DNA of 64,000 nt. Origin: an uncultured delta proteobacterium (lineage in GTDB: Bacteria; Desulfobacterota; Binatia; UBA9968). The stretch's first letter is position 1. Every line of letters starts with the position of its first letter. The DNA is taken from NCBI GenBank assembly GCA_963727625.1, contig CAVSHR010000005.1, positions 64,001 to 128,000 on the forward strand, read 5' to 3'. Below are positions 1 to 8,881 of the stretch, piece by piece. A model generated the notes under the pieces. That model was given only the letters and a program-made list of their open reading frames with translations. It made no database searches and was not told the origin of the DNA. The position numbers and the translations under genes are program-made.

Positions 1-1389
1 CTCAAGCGCTTGTATTTCCCCGTCGCGCCGCTTGAGGAAGGCTTCGCGTTCGGCAAACTGGCTGGTCAGCAGCTTGACCTGCACATCAAACCGCTCCGAT
101 TGTTCCTGGAAGGCGATTTTTTCCGTGGCGAACAACCGTTGTTCCTGCCTGAGCGCCTGTTGCAGCGTCTCTTCAGCCCGTGCTTTGGCGTCGCCCATTT
201 CGCTCAGGCGCTGCGTTAGGACCTTGACCTCCGACTTAAGGCTCTTTAACTCGTCATCGCGAACTTGAAGCAGCACATCCTTTTCCGATAGGCCATTTTG
301 CAGCGCGTGCAAATTGGCCCCCAGCCGCTGTTCGGCCTCACGCAGCTGACGTTCCATTTCCTGCCGATCCTGCGCCGCCTTGGCCAACTCGTCCTGGAAA
401 TTGTGTTCGGAGCGTTCCTTCGCCGATGCCAATTCGCTGAGCTGCTGGCGAATACCGCCCAAGTCCGTTTCGCGCTGACGCAGCACTTTTTCGCGCTCGC
501 TGAGCTTGCCTTCCAGGTTGCGGATCTTTTCGCCCAGACGATGTTGCTCGGTCTTGATTGCCAGAGCGTTGGCCTCAATTACTTCCTTTTTCTGGCGCAG
601 CTCCTCTTCGAGGAGTTCCTCCGTGCGCTTCTTGGCGCTTTCCAGCTGCTGCAACCGGCCTTTGAGCTCGGCAGCTTCGGAGCGAAAGCTTTCCAGTTCG
701 TTCTCGCGCTCTTTGACGAGTCCATCCTTGTTGCGTAACTGGCTTTCCCATGCCCGCGATCTGGCGTTGAAACGCTGCTCAAGATCCTTCAGCGCCGCGT
801 CCTTCGCCTGCAGGACATCGTTCTTTTTCCCAAGTTCCTCGCGCAGCAGTCGTTCCGCCGGCGTCTGGGAAGAGCCGCCGGCATCCGCCAAGGCGCTCTC
901 CTTTAATACCATGAGCTCGGCGTCGCGGGCTTTTAGTTCACGCTCCTTATCGTTGAGATCTTCGAGCAGTGCTTCGATCTTATCAATGCTTGTTTCCAGC
1001 TCTTTCGTCGCCAAGGCCTTGGCCTGCTCTTGGGTCTTGCCTTTCCAGACATGCTCTTGGAGCAGGTTCTCGGCGGCGTGCTTCTCCGATCGCATTTCGG
1101 CCAATAATCTTCTGAGCGCTTGGATTTCGCCGTCACGGACCATCTTCAGGAAGATAATGGTCATGACCACGGCGAAGATCGCCAACACGCCGTAAAAAAT
1201 CGTGCCGGAGGGCAAGTTCTCGGACAGAAATTGTAGCGGCGAGGAAAGACCGTAACTCAAATTATTGGCGAACAACCAGCGAAAATAGTTGGCTTCGACC
1301 TCGTTGTCGCGGAATGAAAGAAAGATCAGCGCACCCAGCACAAGGGTCGCACCAATCAGCAGGACGATGACTTTTTCTCTTGTTCGCAT
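1..1389 (-). CDS. Membrane-anchored long coiled-coil protein, partial (runs off the left edge)
   Basis: Absent from the ORF track because there is no stop in the window. Manual translation from ATG at 1389: MRTREKVIVLLIGATLVLGALIFLSF...IFYGVLAIFAVVMTIIFLKM (two hydrophobic segments), then >350 aa of E/K/R/L/Q-rich heptad-like sequence with no stop. Confidence 0.8.
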   Translation of the reverse strand, partial: MRTREKVIVLLIGATLVLGALIFLSFRDNEVEANYFRWLFANNLSYGLSSPLQFLSENLPSGTIFYGVLAIFAVVMTIIFLKMVRDGEIQALRRLLAEMRSEKHAAENLLQEHVWKGKTQEQAKALATKELETSIDKIEALLEDLNDKERELKARDAELMVLKESALADAGGSSQTPAERLLREELGKKNDVLQAKDAALKDLEQRFNARSRAWESQLRNKDGLVKERENELESFRSEAAELKGRLQQLESAKKRTEELLEEELRQKKEVIEANALAIKTEQHRLGEKIRNLEGKLSEREKVLRQRETDLGGIRQQLSELASAKERSEHNFQDELAKAAQDRQEMERQLREAEQRLGANLHALQNGLSEKDVLLQVRDDELKSLKSEVKVLTQRLSEMGDAKARAEETLQQALRQEQRLFATEKIAFQEQSERFDVQVKLLTSQFAEREAFLKRRDGEIQALE

Positions 1390-1726
1390 TCGGCGTTGTA
1401 CCTATCCGGATGACAGAGCAATGACCGTATTTTAAGCTGCTTGGCCCGATTTGCAAAACATTTTGGTGTAATTTCTTGGGGCTAGGGAACCGAGTTTTTC
1501 AAGAAAATGCCAGAAGCCACCATGATGTTCAAAGAACTTCCCCCTCACTTCACCCGCAGCGTCGCGGATTTCCCCGTCCGTATAGATTTTTACGGAAGAA
1601 TCGACGGTCTCTTGGGAGCGCCCACTGAAGGCTCCTGGCGGTCGCTAAACAACTGAAAGTTAAAGCGAAGCCAACTTGTGGCCGGCCCATGACTCGATTC
1701 GCCGGTAGATCGACAGGCATGGCAGG

Positions 1727-1981
1727 TTATTGCTTGGCTTTGAGATTCTGATCATTTTCCTCGATAAATTTTTTGATTTCGTCGGCCTGATCGAGCAGCC
1801 GCTTCCACTGCTCTTTGTAAAGAGTCACAGGAAATCTGCCCAGGCCGTAGACAGACAAGCCGCCCTTTTCGCTGACCTTCAATTTGAGCTCGCCGGGCTT
1901 CCGCTGCGAGATCTGATCTTTGAGCGCCTGATTTTCAGCTTCCAGTCGAGCTAATTTTTGCTCTGCTGTTTCTTCCGCCAT
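1727..1981 (-). CDS. Small conserved hypothetical protein (coiled coil plus KVSEKGGLSVYGLGRFPVTLY motif)
   Basis: GGAGGA RBS before ATG at 1981; 84 aa; motif recognisable as a widespread uncharacterised family. Confidence 0.85.
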   Translation of the reverse strand: MAEETAEQKLARLEAENQALKDQISQRKPGELKLKVSEKGGLSVYGLGRFPVTLYKEQWKRLLDQADEIKKFIEENDQNLKAKQ

Positions 1982-2255
1982 GGTTCCTCCCGCGTTCACG
2001 GATCGTTCGTTTGCTAATCACAATGAAGAACTTCTTACGATCTGCGCAGAGAGTATTTCATTTCGCCGTGAAAAGACAATCGCCGCCAAGTCGCCTCGGC
2101 GATCTCGCCCTGCTTGGAGCGGAACCCGCCCGACTGCGAGCGCGTCAAACCGCGCGGAGCGCTTGATCCGGCGAGCGAAGTAAGATTATAAGAGGGCAGT
2201 TCATTTACACTGCCACGGGTATCCGACCGAGGCGTAAATTAGGAGGTCGAAGGAA

Positions 2256-3341
2256 ATGTCCATGAAGCTCAGTACCCGAATTATCGACGGCGACGGCCAT
2301 ATCATGGAGGACAACGCGGGAATCATCGCGCACATGGAAGGTGCTTACCGCGAGATCGCAGGGCGCAAGGGAATTTGTTTCCCGCCCTTGGATCATCTTC
2401 ATTCCGGGCGCGCCGTCGAGACGCCGCCGCAACGAGACCAACGTCCGCCGGTAGGACCCAAGGGTTGGCTCGAATTTCTTGACGACGTCGGCATCGAGTG
2501 GACCGTGATGTATCCAACTCTGGCGCTCTCCTACGGCAAGATCGTCAGCCGCGATTACGCGGTCGCGGTCTGCAAAGCCTACAACGACTGGCTGGCCGAG
2601 ACCTACCTAAAATTCAATCCACGCTTCAAAGGCATGGCCATCATTCCTATGCAGGACCCTGAAGAAGCAGCCAAGGAGCTGCGCCGTGCGGTCACCGAAC
2701 TCGGAATGCTCGGGGCGATGATGCCGTCCAACGGGCTCGCCCAGCCTTTGGGGGCAAAACAGTTCTGGCCGGTATACGAAGAAGCCAACAAGCTCGGTTG
2801 CTGTCTCGCCGTGCACGGCGGCGCCCACGATCGCTTCGGCATGGACCATATGAACATGTACGTGCCGGTGCACGCCCTCGGACATCCGTGGGGCTTGACC
2901 ATCAACTGCGCCGATATTGTCTACAACGGTATCTTTGAACGCTTCCCGCGCGCGCGCATCGCCTTCCTCGAGGGCGGCATCGCATGGCTGCTGCTGCTGC
3001 TCGAACGGCTACACGCATCGCACGAGACTCATTTCCAATACATCCCTGAAGGTGAGTTCGGTGTGCGCGAAGAACAGGACCCGGCCAAGCAGATCAAGAA
3101 GCTCATTAAAGACGGCCGCCTCTATCTCGGCATCGAAACCGAAGAATTGACGATGCCGTTCGCCATCAAGACCGTTGGCAACACGCCCTTTCTCTATTCG
3201 TCGGACTTCCCGCATGAAGTGACCAACGAAAGCTGCAAGCACGACATCGGCGAGCTCATGGAGAGCAACGAAATCACCGAAGACGACAAGGCCGCCTTGC
3301 TCTGGCGCAATGCGGAAACCTTTTACAAGCTCCCTCTCTAA
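2256..3341 (+). CDS. Amidohydrolase_2 family metalloenzyme (decarboxylase/hydratase-like)
   Basis: IIDGDGH metal motif, AYNDWLAE, AVH, FLEGG, YSSDFPH; AGGAGG upstream. Confidence 0.92.
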   Translation: MSMKLSTRIIDGDGHIMEDNAGIIAHMEGAYREIAGRKGICFPPLDHLHSGRAVETPPQRDQRPPVGPKGWLEFLDDVGIEWTVMYPTLALSYGKIVSRDYAVAVCKAYNDWLAETYLKFNPRFKGMAIIPMQDPEEAAKELRRAVTELGMLGAMMPSNGLAQPLGAKQFWPVYEEANKLGCCLAVHGGAHDRFGMDHMNMYVPVHALGHPWGLTINCADIVYNGIFERFPRARIAFLEGGIAWLLLLLERLHASHETHFQYIPEGEFGVREEQDPAKQIKKLIKDGRLYLGIETEELTMPFAIKTVGNTPFLYSSDFPHEVTNESCKHDIGELMESNEITEDDKAALLWRNAETFYKLPL

Positions 3342-3346
3342 TGTAG

Positions 3347-3408
3347 TTTGAAGATTAACGGCTTGAACGATTTGAATTTTTTGAACGGTTTGAACCGTTC
3401 AAGCCGCT
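3347..3408. repeat. Imperfect 9-nt tandem repeat (TTGAACnnn) with an inverted arm
   Basis: cggcttgaacgatttgaattttttgaacggtttgaaccgttcaagccg immediately after a stop codon. Confidence 0.7.
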
Positions 3409-3462
3409 CAGCACTTTGTCTCGATCGCGAATAAATCGCTCACAAAAAGGTAAGGAGTCATC

Positions 3463-4548
3463 ATGGATACCTGTCGCGCCGCCGTCATCACCGAACACAA
3501 CAAACCGCTGACTATCCAGCAAGTGCCGATTCCCAAGCTCGATCCGGGTTCACTACTGGTAAAAATTGCCGCCTCGACACTCTGCGGCACCGACGTGCAC
3601 CGCTGGCATGGCCCGCTCGGCGACGGCGACACGTTGCCGATCATTACCGGCCACGAGCCCTGCGGCACCGTCGAAGACATCGCCGGCGAGCGCACCGATA
3701 TCTTGGGCAATCCGGTCAAGCGCGGCGATCGCATCGTGTGGAGCTATGTCGCCTGCGGCTCCTGCTATTACTGCGCCGTAGCGTTGCAGCCCTGCATCTG
3801 CCCGGGGCGCGCTTCGTGGGGACACAACCGCAGCGACCAGTATCCGTATTTGCTCGGCAGCTGCGCCGAGTACATGTACGTGCCTAAAGAATGTCTGATT
3901 ATCAAAGTCCCCGATGAAGTGACTTCGGCATCGGCAGCCGCGTCCGCCTGCGCCTATCGCACGGTGATGCACGGCTTCGACCGCTTGGGCGCGATCAAGA
4001 GCCAAGAGACAGTGGTCATTCAGGGCAGCGGCCCGCTCGGCAACTTCGCCACGGCCGTGGCGAAAGATCACGGCGCCAAGAAGGTGCTGGTCATCGGCGC
4101 GCCGGCCAATCGCTTGGAGGTGACCAAGCGCATGGGCGCAGACGAAGTATTAAATCTTGAAGAAGTCACGGATGAAAAAGACCGGCGCAAATGGGTGCGC
4201 GATCATACCGAAGGGCGTGGCGCCGACGTGGTCATTCAAGTCGCCAACAACATGGCGGTTCCCGAAGGCCTCACGTTGCTGCGCGGCGGCGGCCGCTATT
4301 TGAATATCGGCGCCGGCGGCAAGGCGAACATCGCCGTGGAGAAGATCCCTCAGGAAATGCTTTTTATCACCGTGCGCTCCGCCGAGCCGCGCCACTGGCT
4401 GCAAGCGATCGACTTTCTGGCCTCGCGAAAGAAAACTTTCCCCTTCGAAGACATGATCAGCAAGAGCTACAAGCTCGATCAGATCAACGAAGCGATGTCG
4501 GCGATGGCGAGCTACTCGGTTGTAAAAGCGGTCATCAATCTGAGCTAG
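3463..4548 (+). CDS. Zinc-dependent alcohol dehydrogenase (MDR family)
   Basis: CGTDVH, GHE, structural-Zn CGSCYYC...C, GSGPLG; AAGGAG RBS. Confidence 0.93.
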   Translation: MDTCRAAVITEHNKPLTIQQVPIPKLDPGSLLVKIAASTLCGTDVHRWHGPLGDGDTLPIITGHEPCGTVEDIAGERTDILGNPVKRGDRIVWSYVACGSCYYCAVALQPCICPGRASWGHNRSDQYPYLLGSCAEYMYVPKECLIIKVPDEVTSASAAASACAYRTVMHGFDRLGAIKSQETVVIQGSGPLGNFATAVAKDHGAKKVLVIGAPANRLEVTKRMGADEVLNLEEVTDEKDRRKWVRDHTEGRGADVVIQVANNMAVPEGLTLLRGGGRYLNIGAGGKANIAVEKIPQEMLFITVRSAEPRHWLQAIDFLASRKKTFPFEDMISKSYKLDQINEAMSAMASYSVVKAVINLS

Positions 4549-4597
4549 GGTTGACGATTTTCAGTTACAGGGAGCGCGGCGCCAACGGAGGTTGTCC

Positions 4598-4954
4598 ATG
4601 AATTACCAACTCGAGCACATAGCTATTTACACAAAGGACATCGCTGCATCGATCAAATACTACGAAAAGTTCTTCGGCGGCCACGCCACGCCGATCAGAA
4701 AAGGTAGCGCGGGGTATGGTTTCTGTTTCGTAAGAATCGCCGGCTCCCCGTCCATACAATTAATGGAGTCAGCCGGCCAATCCGGCGTGCACCACTACGG
4801 CTACGTCACCGACGATATCGATCAGGTGGCCAAAGAGTTTAGAGAAAAAGGCGCCGAGATTCTGCGCAAGAACCGAGATGAGTCGGGAAGGCTCACCACC
4901 ATCTTCGTCAAAGATCCCAACGGCCTCGAGATGGAAATCAGAAGTCCGCGCTGA
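4598..4954 (+). CDS. VOC/glyoxalase family protein
   Basis: LEHIAI, IQLME, HHYGYVTDDID, FVKDPNGLEMEI; GGAGG RBS. Confidence 0.9.
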   Translation: MNYQLEHIAIYTKDIAASIKYYEKFFGGHATPIRKGSAGYGFCFVRIAGSPSIQLMESAGQSGVHHYGYVTDDIDQVAKEFREKGAEILRKNRDESGRLTTIFVKDPNGLEMEIRSPR

Positions 4955-4988
4955 ACGTTTTGAACGGCTTGAACCTAGCCGGGAAAAC

Positions 4989-6881
4989 TTAATCCAGCTG
5001 CGCCCACTCATTGAATTCTTCCAGACCCAGTTTCTTTAACGTGTCGACAAAAGGCCTGCCGGTTTTTTCGTGCCTACCTGACAAGCGGTAATACTCGTGG
5101 ACCATCTCCGGCAGCCACTTGGCGATGGTGAAACCCTTGTACTTGCCGTCCGGCACTGGATCGAGAAAACGTTGGCCCACCTGCTGCCAGTCGTGGTCGG
5201 CGATCCAGCCGCGCTGGGTCGCGAAGATGCTCTGCAAAATGGCGCTGCGATGGCCTGCAGCCAGCGCTTCATCCATGGTAAAATTCCATCCGGTGGTGGC
5301 GTTGAAGGCATCCACCACGCTATTTAAACCGTCCGGCTTCATGTGCATCTGCGCAAACCAGCAGCCCCCCATCAGGCCGACGAACTGGCGATACTGCTCG
5401 GCGATCACGTTGGACTGCGGCCAGCCTTTGGGATCGTCGCGGTCCAGCGGTCCCCATTTCTCCCGGTACTTGAGATCCGGCGGAGGATTGGCCGTGCCGC
5501 CGCCCTGCGGTTTCATGCCGCCACTGGCGACGATCTCGCGCAGCATGTTGCTGAAGTGCGGCCGCCAATCATGCATGGCGGGCACACCGCGCTTGGTGTG
5601 CACGACCCATTTGACCGCATCGCCGCCGATCGCTTCCGCGACTTCCAGCGGACCGTCGGCGATCAAGTTGCCCCACTTGCCTTCGCGCCGCGCGGTCATT
5701 TCCAATAGTTTATCGATCGCTTCGACGTTGCCCCATTCGAGACGCAAGCCGTCGCAATCCGCCGCGGTTACCAATCCCTTTTCGTAGGCCTCGAACAAAA
5801 CTCCGGCGCCAAATGCAAAATGGCCGCACTCGATGCCAAGATCGTTGATCCGTTCGGCGAGATAAAGCGTCGCGTTGCCTTTCACGCCGAGATTCCAGAA
5901 GGTATCGAGCCACTCGGCACCCGCGTTGAAATGGCCTACCCTGCCTTTGAATTCGCCCTCGCCGATTTCGACATCCCAGGGGCAAAGGCGCGCGCACTGA
6001 AAACAGGGCCGCTGGGTGACGCGATTTTGATCAAAGCCGCGGTTGTGGTCGGCGATCAACGTGCTCTGCATGTTGTTGTTGGGCAACGCTTCGAGATGAC
6101 GCGCATGGCCGACCGTATAGCGGTCCGCCACCGAATACTGTTGCAGCGTCTTGCGCCATCTGAGCCCGGCCTCGATCAACGCCGCCTTATCGTGCAACGG
6201 CGGCCGCTTGGTACCGTAGACGACGATCCCTTTGAGCTTTTTCGAGCCGAAGATTGCACCGCCGCTGTGCGACGCCGAGTGATTATAATCGTTGCACAGC
6301 ATCGCCGCGTGGACGAGATGCTCTCCCGCCGGCCCGATACCCATCACTTTCGCGTCTTTAATACCGACCTCGGCGCGCAAAAGATCCTCGGTGTCGCGCG
6401 CACCATTGCCCCAGAATTTTTCAGCGTCACGCAATTCCGGCTTGCCGTCGTTGATAAAGAGATAAGTCGGTTTGCTCGCGGCGCCTTCGAGGACAATGCC
6501 GTCGTAGCCCGCTTGCTTGAGAGAGGCCGCCCAGTAACCGCTCGCCGCGCCGCGCCCTAAAGAATAATGGGTCATCGGACTGAGAAAAACCGCGCAAACT
6601 TTCGTCCCGCCGGGCGTCAATCCGGTGCCCGTGAGCGGTCCGGTCATCATTACCATCTTACTTTGGGGATCGTACGGCTTCACATCGAGCGGCAGCTCAT
6701 GCATGAGCATGTACAGTGCCAGCGCTTGCCCGCCGATAAATTGCCGCAACACCGGCTCTTCGGGCAGATTCTCGTCTTTCATCGAACCGCGGGTCAGATC
6801 AACGCGCAGGATTTTGCCCATGTAGCCGCCGGGGAGCCGGGTGGCACGATGGCTCGGAAACAATTCAGAAGTTTTAATCAT
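4989..6881 (-). CDS. Aldehyde:ferredoxin oxidoreductase family protein (W/Mo-pterin, 4Fe-4S)
   Basis: GYMGKILRVDLT, LKQAGYDGIVLEG, GIGPAGE, GSKKLKGI, CFQCARLC cluster motif, YYRLSG...TGRP...LKKLGL. Confidence 0.92.
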   Translation of the reverse strand: MIKTSELFPSHRATRLPGGYMGKILRVDLTRGSMKDENLPEEPVLRQFIGGQALALYMLMHELPLDVKPYDPQSKMVMMTGPLTGTGLTPGGTKVCAVFLSPMTHYSLGRGAASGYWAASLKQAGYDGIVLEGAASKPTYLFINDGKPELRDAEKFWGNGARDTEDLLRAEVGIKDAKVMGIGPAGEHLVHAAMLCNDYNHSASHSGGAIFGSKKLKGIVVYGTKRPPLHDKAALIEAGLRWRKTLQQYSVADRYTVGHARHLEALPNNNMQSTLIADHNRGFDQNRVTQRPCFQCARLCPWDVEIGEGEFKGRVGHFNAGAEWLDTFWNLGVKGNATLYLAERINDLGIECGHFAFGAGVLFEAYEKGLVTAADCDGLRLEWGNVEAIDKLLEMTARREGKWGNLIADGPLEVAEAIGGDAVKWVVHTKRGVPAMHDWRPHFSNMLREIVASGGMKPQGGGTANPPPDLKYREKWGPLDRDDPKGWPQSNVIAEQYRQFVGLMGGCWFAQMHMKPDGLNSVVDAFNATTGWNFTMDEALAAGHRSAILQSIFATQRGWIADHDWQQVGQRFLDPVPDGKYKGFTIAKWLPEMVHEYYRLSGRHEKTGRPFVDTLKKLGLEEFNEWAQLD

Positions 6882-6968
6882 TTTGTCTCACCAATCATTT
6901 GCACTTCGCGATCAAAGGATAAAGACAAACGGATAATGGATGATCGGCCATGACACGTCCCTCATCCT

Positions 6969-7985
6969 TCATCCCCTATCCTTTACCCCTCGTCCTTTTC
7001 CATTAAACGCATCCTTCACGAACAAGCTCTCCAAGGGGAGCTCTTGCTTCACCAAGCCTTGCTCGATCTGGTAACGATTGAGCGCTCGGATGCTTTTCTT
7101 TGCCGACTCGGTAAGCGCGCAGGCATAGGGGTCGTAACCCAGCAAATCGCGCTCCTTGGCGTAGCCGTCCGCCTGCGCCGGAGTAAAATATTTGACGGCC
7201 AGTTTATTGGCTTCATCGAAAGCTTCGATCAATTTCGCCGGGAGATCCGGATATCTCTCGGCAGTTTCCTCTTTCATCGTGACGATATGAATGATCGGAT
7301 AAATCTGGGTTCGCTTGACGTAATCGATGATTTCGTCGGTATCCTCGAACAGCGGCTTCACCCCAGGAAACTGACCCATCACGCCGGGCAGCACCCCGCC
7401 GCCGAACAAGGCGGGATATCCTGAGTCGCCCGCGACCAATGCCGCGCCGAGCTTTCCTTCACTGACGAGTTTGGCCAGGTAAGGCTTTTCCTGGCCGAAG
7501 GGCGGCGGCCGATCGAGCCTTTCGACTTTCACCGGCAGCTCATCGGCGATGTAAACCTCTTGCCCGGATACGTACCAACCCACGTCCGTCGTATTGATCC
7601 CATGTTCATCCAATAGATAACCGCGCGCCCAGGACACCGCGGTGGCACCGTAACGAAAACAGCCGATCTGTTTACCTTTAAGGTCCCTCGGATGTTTCAG
7701 TTTGCCTTCACAGTAAAAAATATTTCTCTGCCGCGGTCCGCGCTGGAAAAACACCGGCAGGGCGAGAAAGCGCTTGCCCTTCTCCTTGGCCCGCATCAAC
7801 GTCGCCGTCGACATCTCGGCGACATCGAACTCGCCCTGAACGAAGCGATAATGCATCTCGCCCGGCGAATACTTATCGCCGACGTATTCGAAATCGTAAC
7901 CGTCGAGCTGCAGCGATCCGTCCATCAAGGCTTTATTGCGAGGGTTGGGATTGGTGCTGAAAGTGATCTTGGGTTTAGCGGCCAT
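6969..7985 (-). CDS. 4,5-dihydroxyphthalate decarboxylase-like protein (periplasmic-binding-protein fold, no signal peptide)
   Basis: EFDVAEMS, FLALPVF, LKGKQIG, YPIIH, YQIEQGL motifs; GGAGG RBS before ATG at 7985. Confidence 0.75.
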   Translation of the reverse strand: MAAKPKITFSTNPNPRNKALMDGSLQLDGYDFEYVGDKYSPGEMHYRFVQGEFDVAEMSTATLMRAKEKGKRFLALPVFFQRGPRQRNIFYCEGKLKHPRDLKGKQIGCFRYGATAVSWARGYLLDEHGINTTDVGWYVSGQEVYIADELPVKVERLDRPPPFGQEKPYLAKLVSEGKLGAALVAGDSGYPALFGGGVLPGVMGQFPGVKPLFEDTDEIIDYVKRTQIYPIIHIVTMKEETAERYPDLPAKLIEAFDEANKLAVKYFTPAQADGYAKERDLLGYDPYACALTESAKKSIRALNRYQIEQGLVKQELPLESLFVKDAFNGKGRGVKDRG

Positions 7986-8030
7986 ACGCAACCTCCGATT
8001 CCGATCTGAATGATGTGGCAAACATTGATT

Positions 8031-8756
8031 TCAAACCGCTAAATGTTCCTTGAGAAACTCCATGCCCCGCTGCCACGACACGCGGTCGGACTCCGCCGCA
8101 TATCTGTCCGGATGATGCGGATCCATGAAGGAGTGTCCCGTATTTTTGTACACGTAGAAATCATGGGCTTTACCGTGCTTCGTCAGCTCGGCATCGAGTT
8201 TTGCCATATCCTCCAAGGACGGGTTCTGATCGGTATCGCCGAAGTGGCCTTGAATCGGGCAGCTGATCCGCGCCGTGCGCTCGAAGGGCGTCGGTCCGTC
8301 GCCCCATCGACGAAAACAACTGCCACCGTACCAGGTGATCGCCGCTTTAAAATCTTTGCTTGCGGCGGCCATCAAGTAGGCGACCCGCCCGCCCATGCAG
8401 AAACCGAGAATGCCGACGCGCCTGCCGTCAGCAAATTTGCTGGCGTTGACGCAAGTGATCGTCGCGCCGATATCTTTGATGATGTTCGCATCGCGCGCCC
8501 GCCCCCGGCGCGTCGGCCCGTCATCTTTACAATCCGGCCCGTCGCGATGGTAAAGATCGGGGCACACCGCCAAGTATCCCTCCGCCGCGGCGCGCGCGGT
8601 CATCTCTTCCATGAAACGATCGACGCCGAATTGGTGCTGGACCACGACGACGGCCGGCAGCGGTTTGTCGCTATCCGGCCGGCTGATCACCAAATTCATC
8701 GGGCTGTCGTCGACGATAATTTGCTCGCGATGCGTTTGCATGGTGTCCTCATTCAT
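8031..8756 (-). CDS. Dienelactone hydrolase family protein
   Basis: GFCMGG nucleophile elbow, HFGDTD, GHSF (Cys-Asp-His triad). Confidence 0.93.
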   Translation of the reverse strand: MNEDTMQTHREQIIVDDSPMNLVISRPDSDKPLPAVVVVQHQFGVDRFMEEMTARAAAEGYLAVCPDLYHRDGPDCKDDGPTRRGRARDANIIKDIGATITCVNASKFADGRRVGILGFCMGGRVAYLMAAASKDFKAAITWYGGSCFRRWGDGPTPFERTARISCPIQGHFGDTDQNPSLEDMAKLDAELTKHGKAHDFYVYKNTGHSFMDPHHPDRYAAESDRVSWQRGMEFLKEHLAV

Positions 8757-8881
8757 CGAAGTAACTATTGCCGTTTATCTCCGCCCGTCTCTCATTGCAA
8801 CTCTCGCTCCAACGACAGACTTCCCTCTCGATCAGTGTCCGGCTCCGTTGACGCCTTGAACTTTTTGAACCTTGGCGAGTG

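Noticed and set aside
298-1195. Plus-strand ORFs of 146 and 229 aa, and many similar long ORFs such as 22859-23731, 50200-51234 and 53572-54855
   Set aside because: Antisense shadows of well-supported genes in GC-rich DNA.
1390-1726. Riboswitch or ncRNA in the intergenic leader
   Set aside because: No recognisable consensus by eye; an Rfam/Infernal search would be needed.
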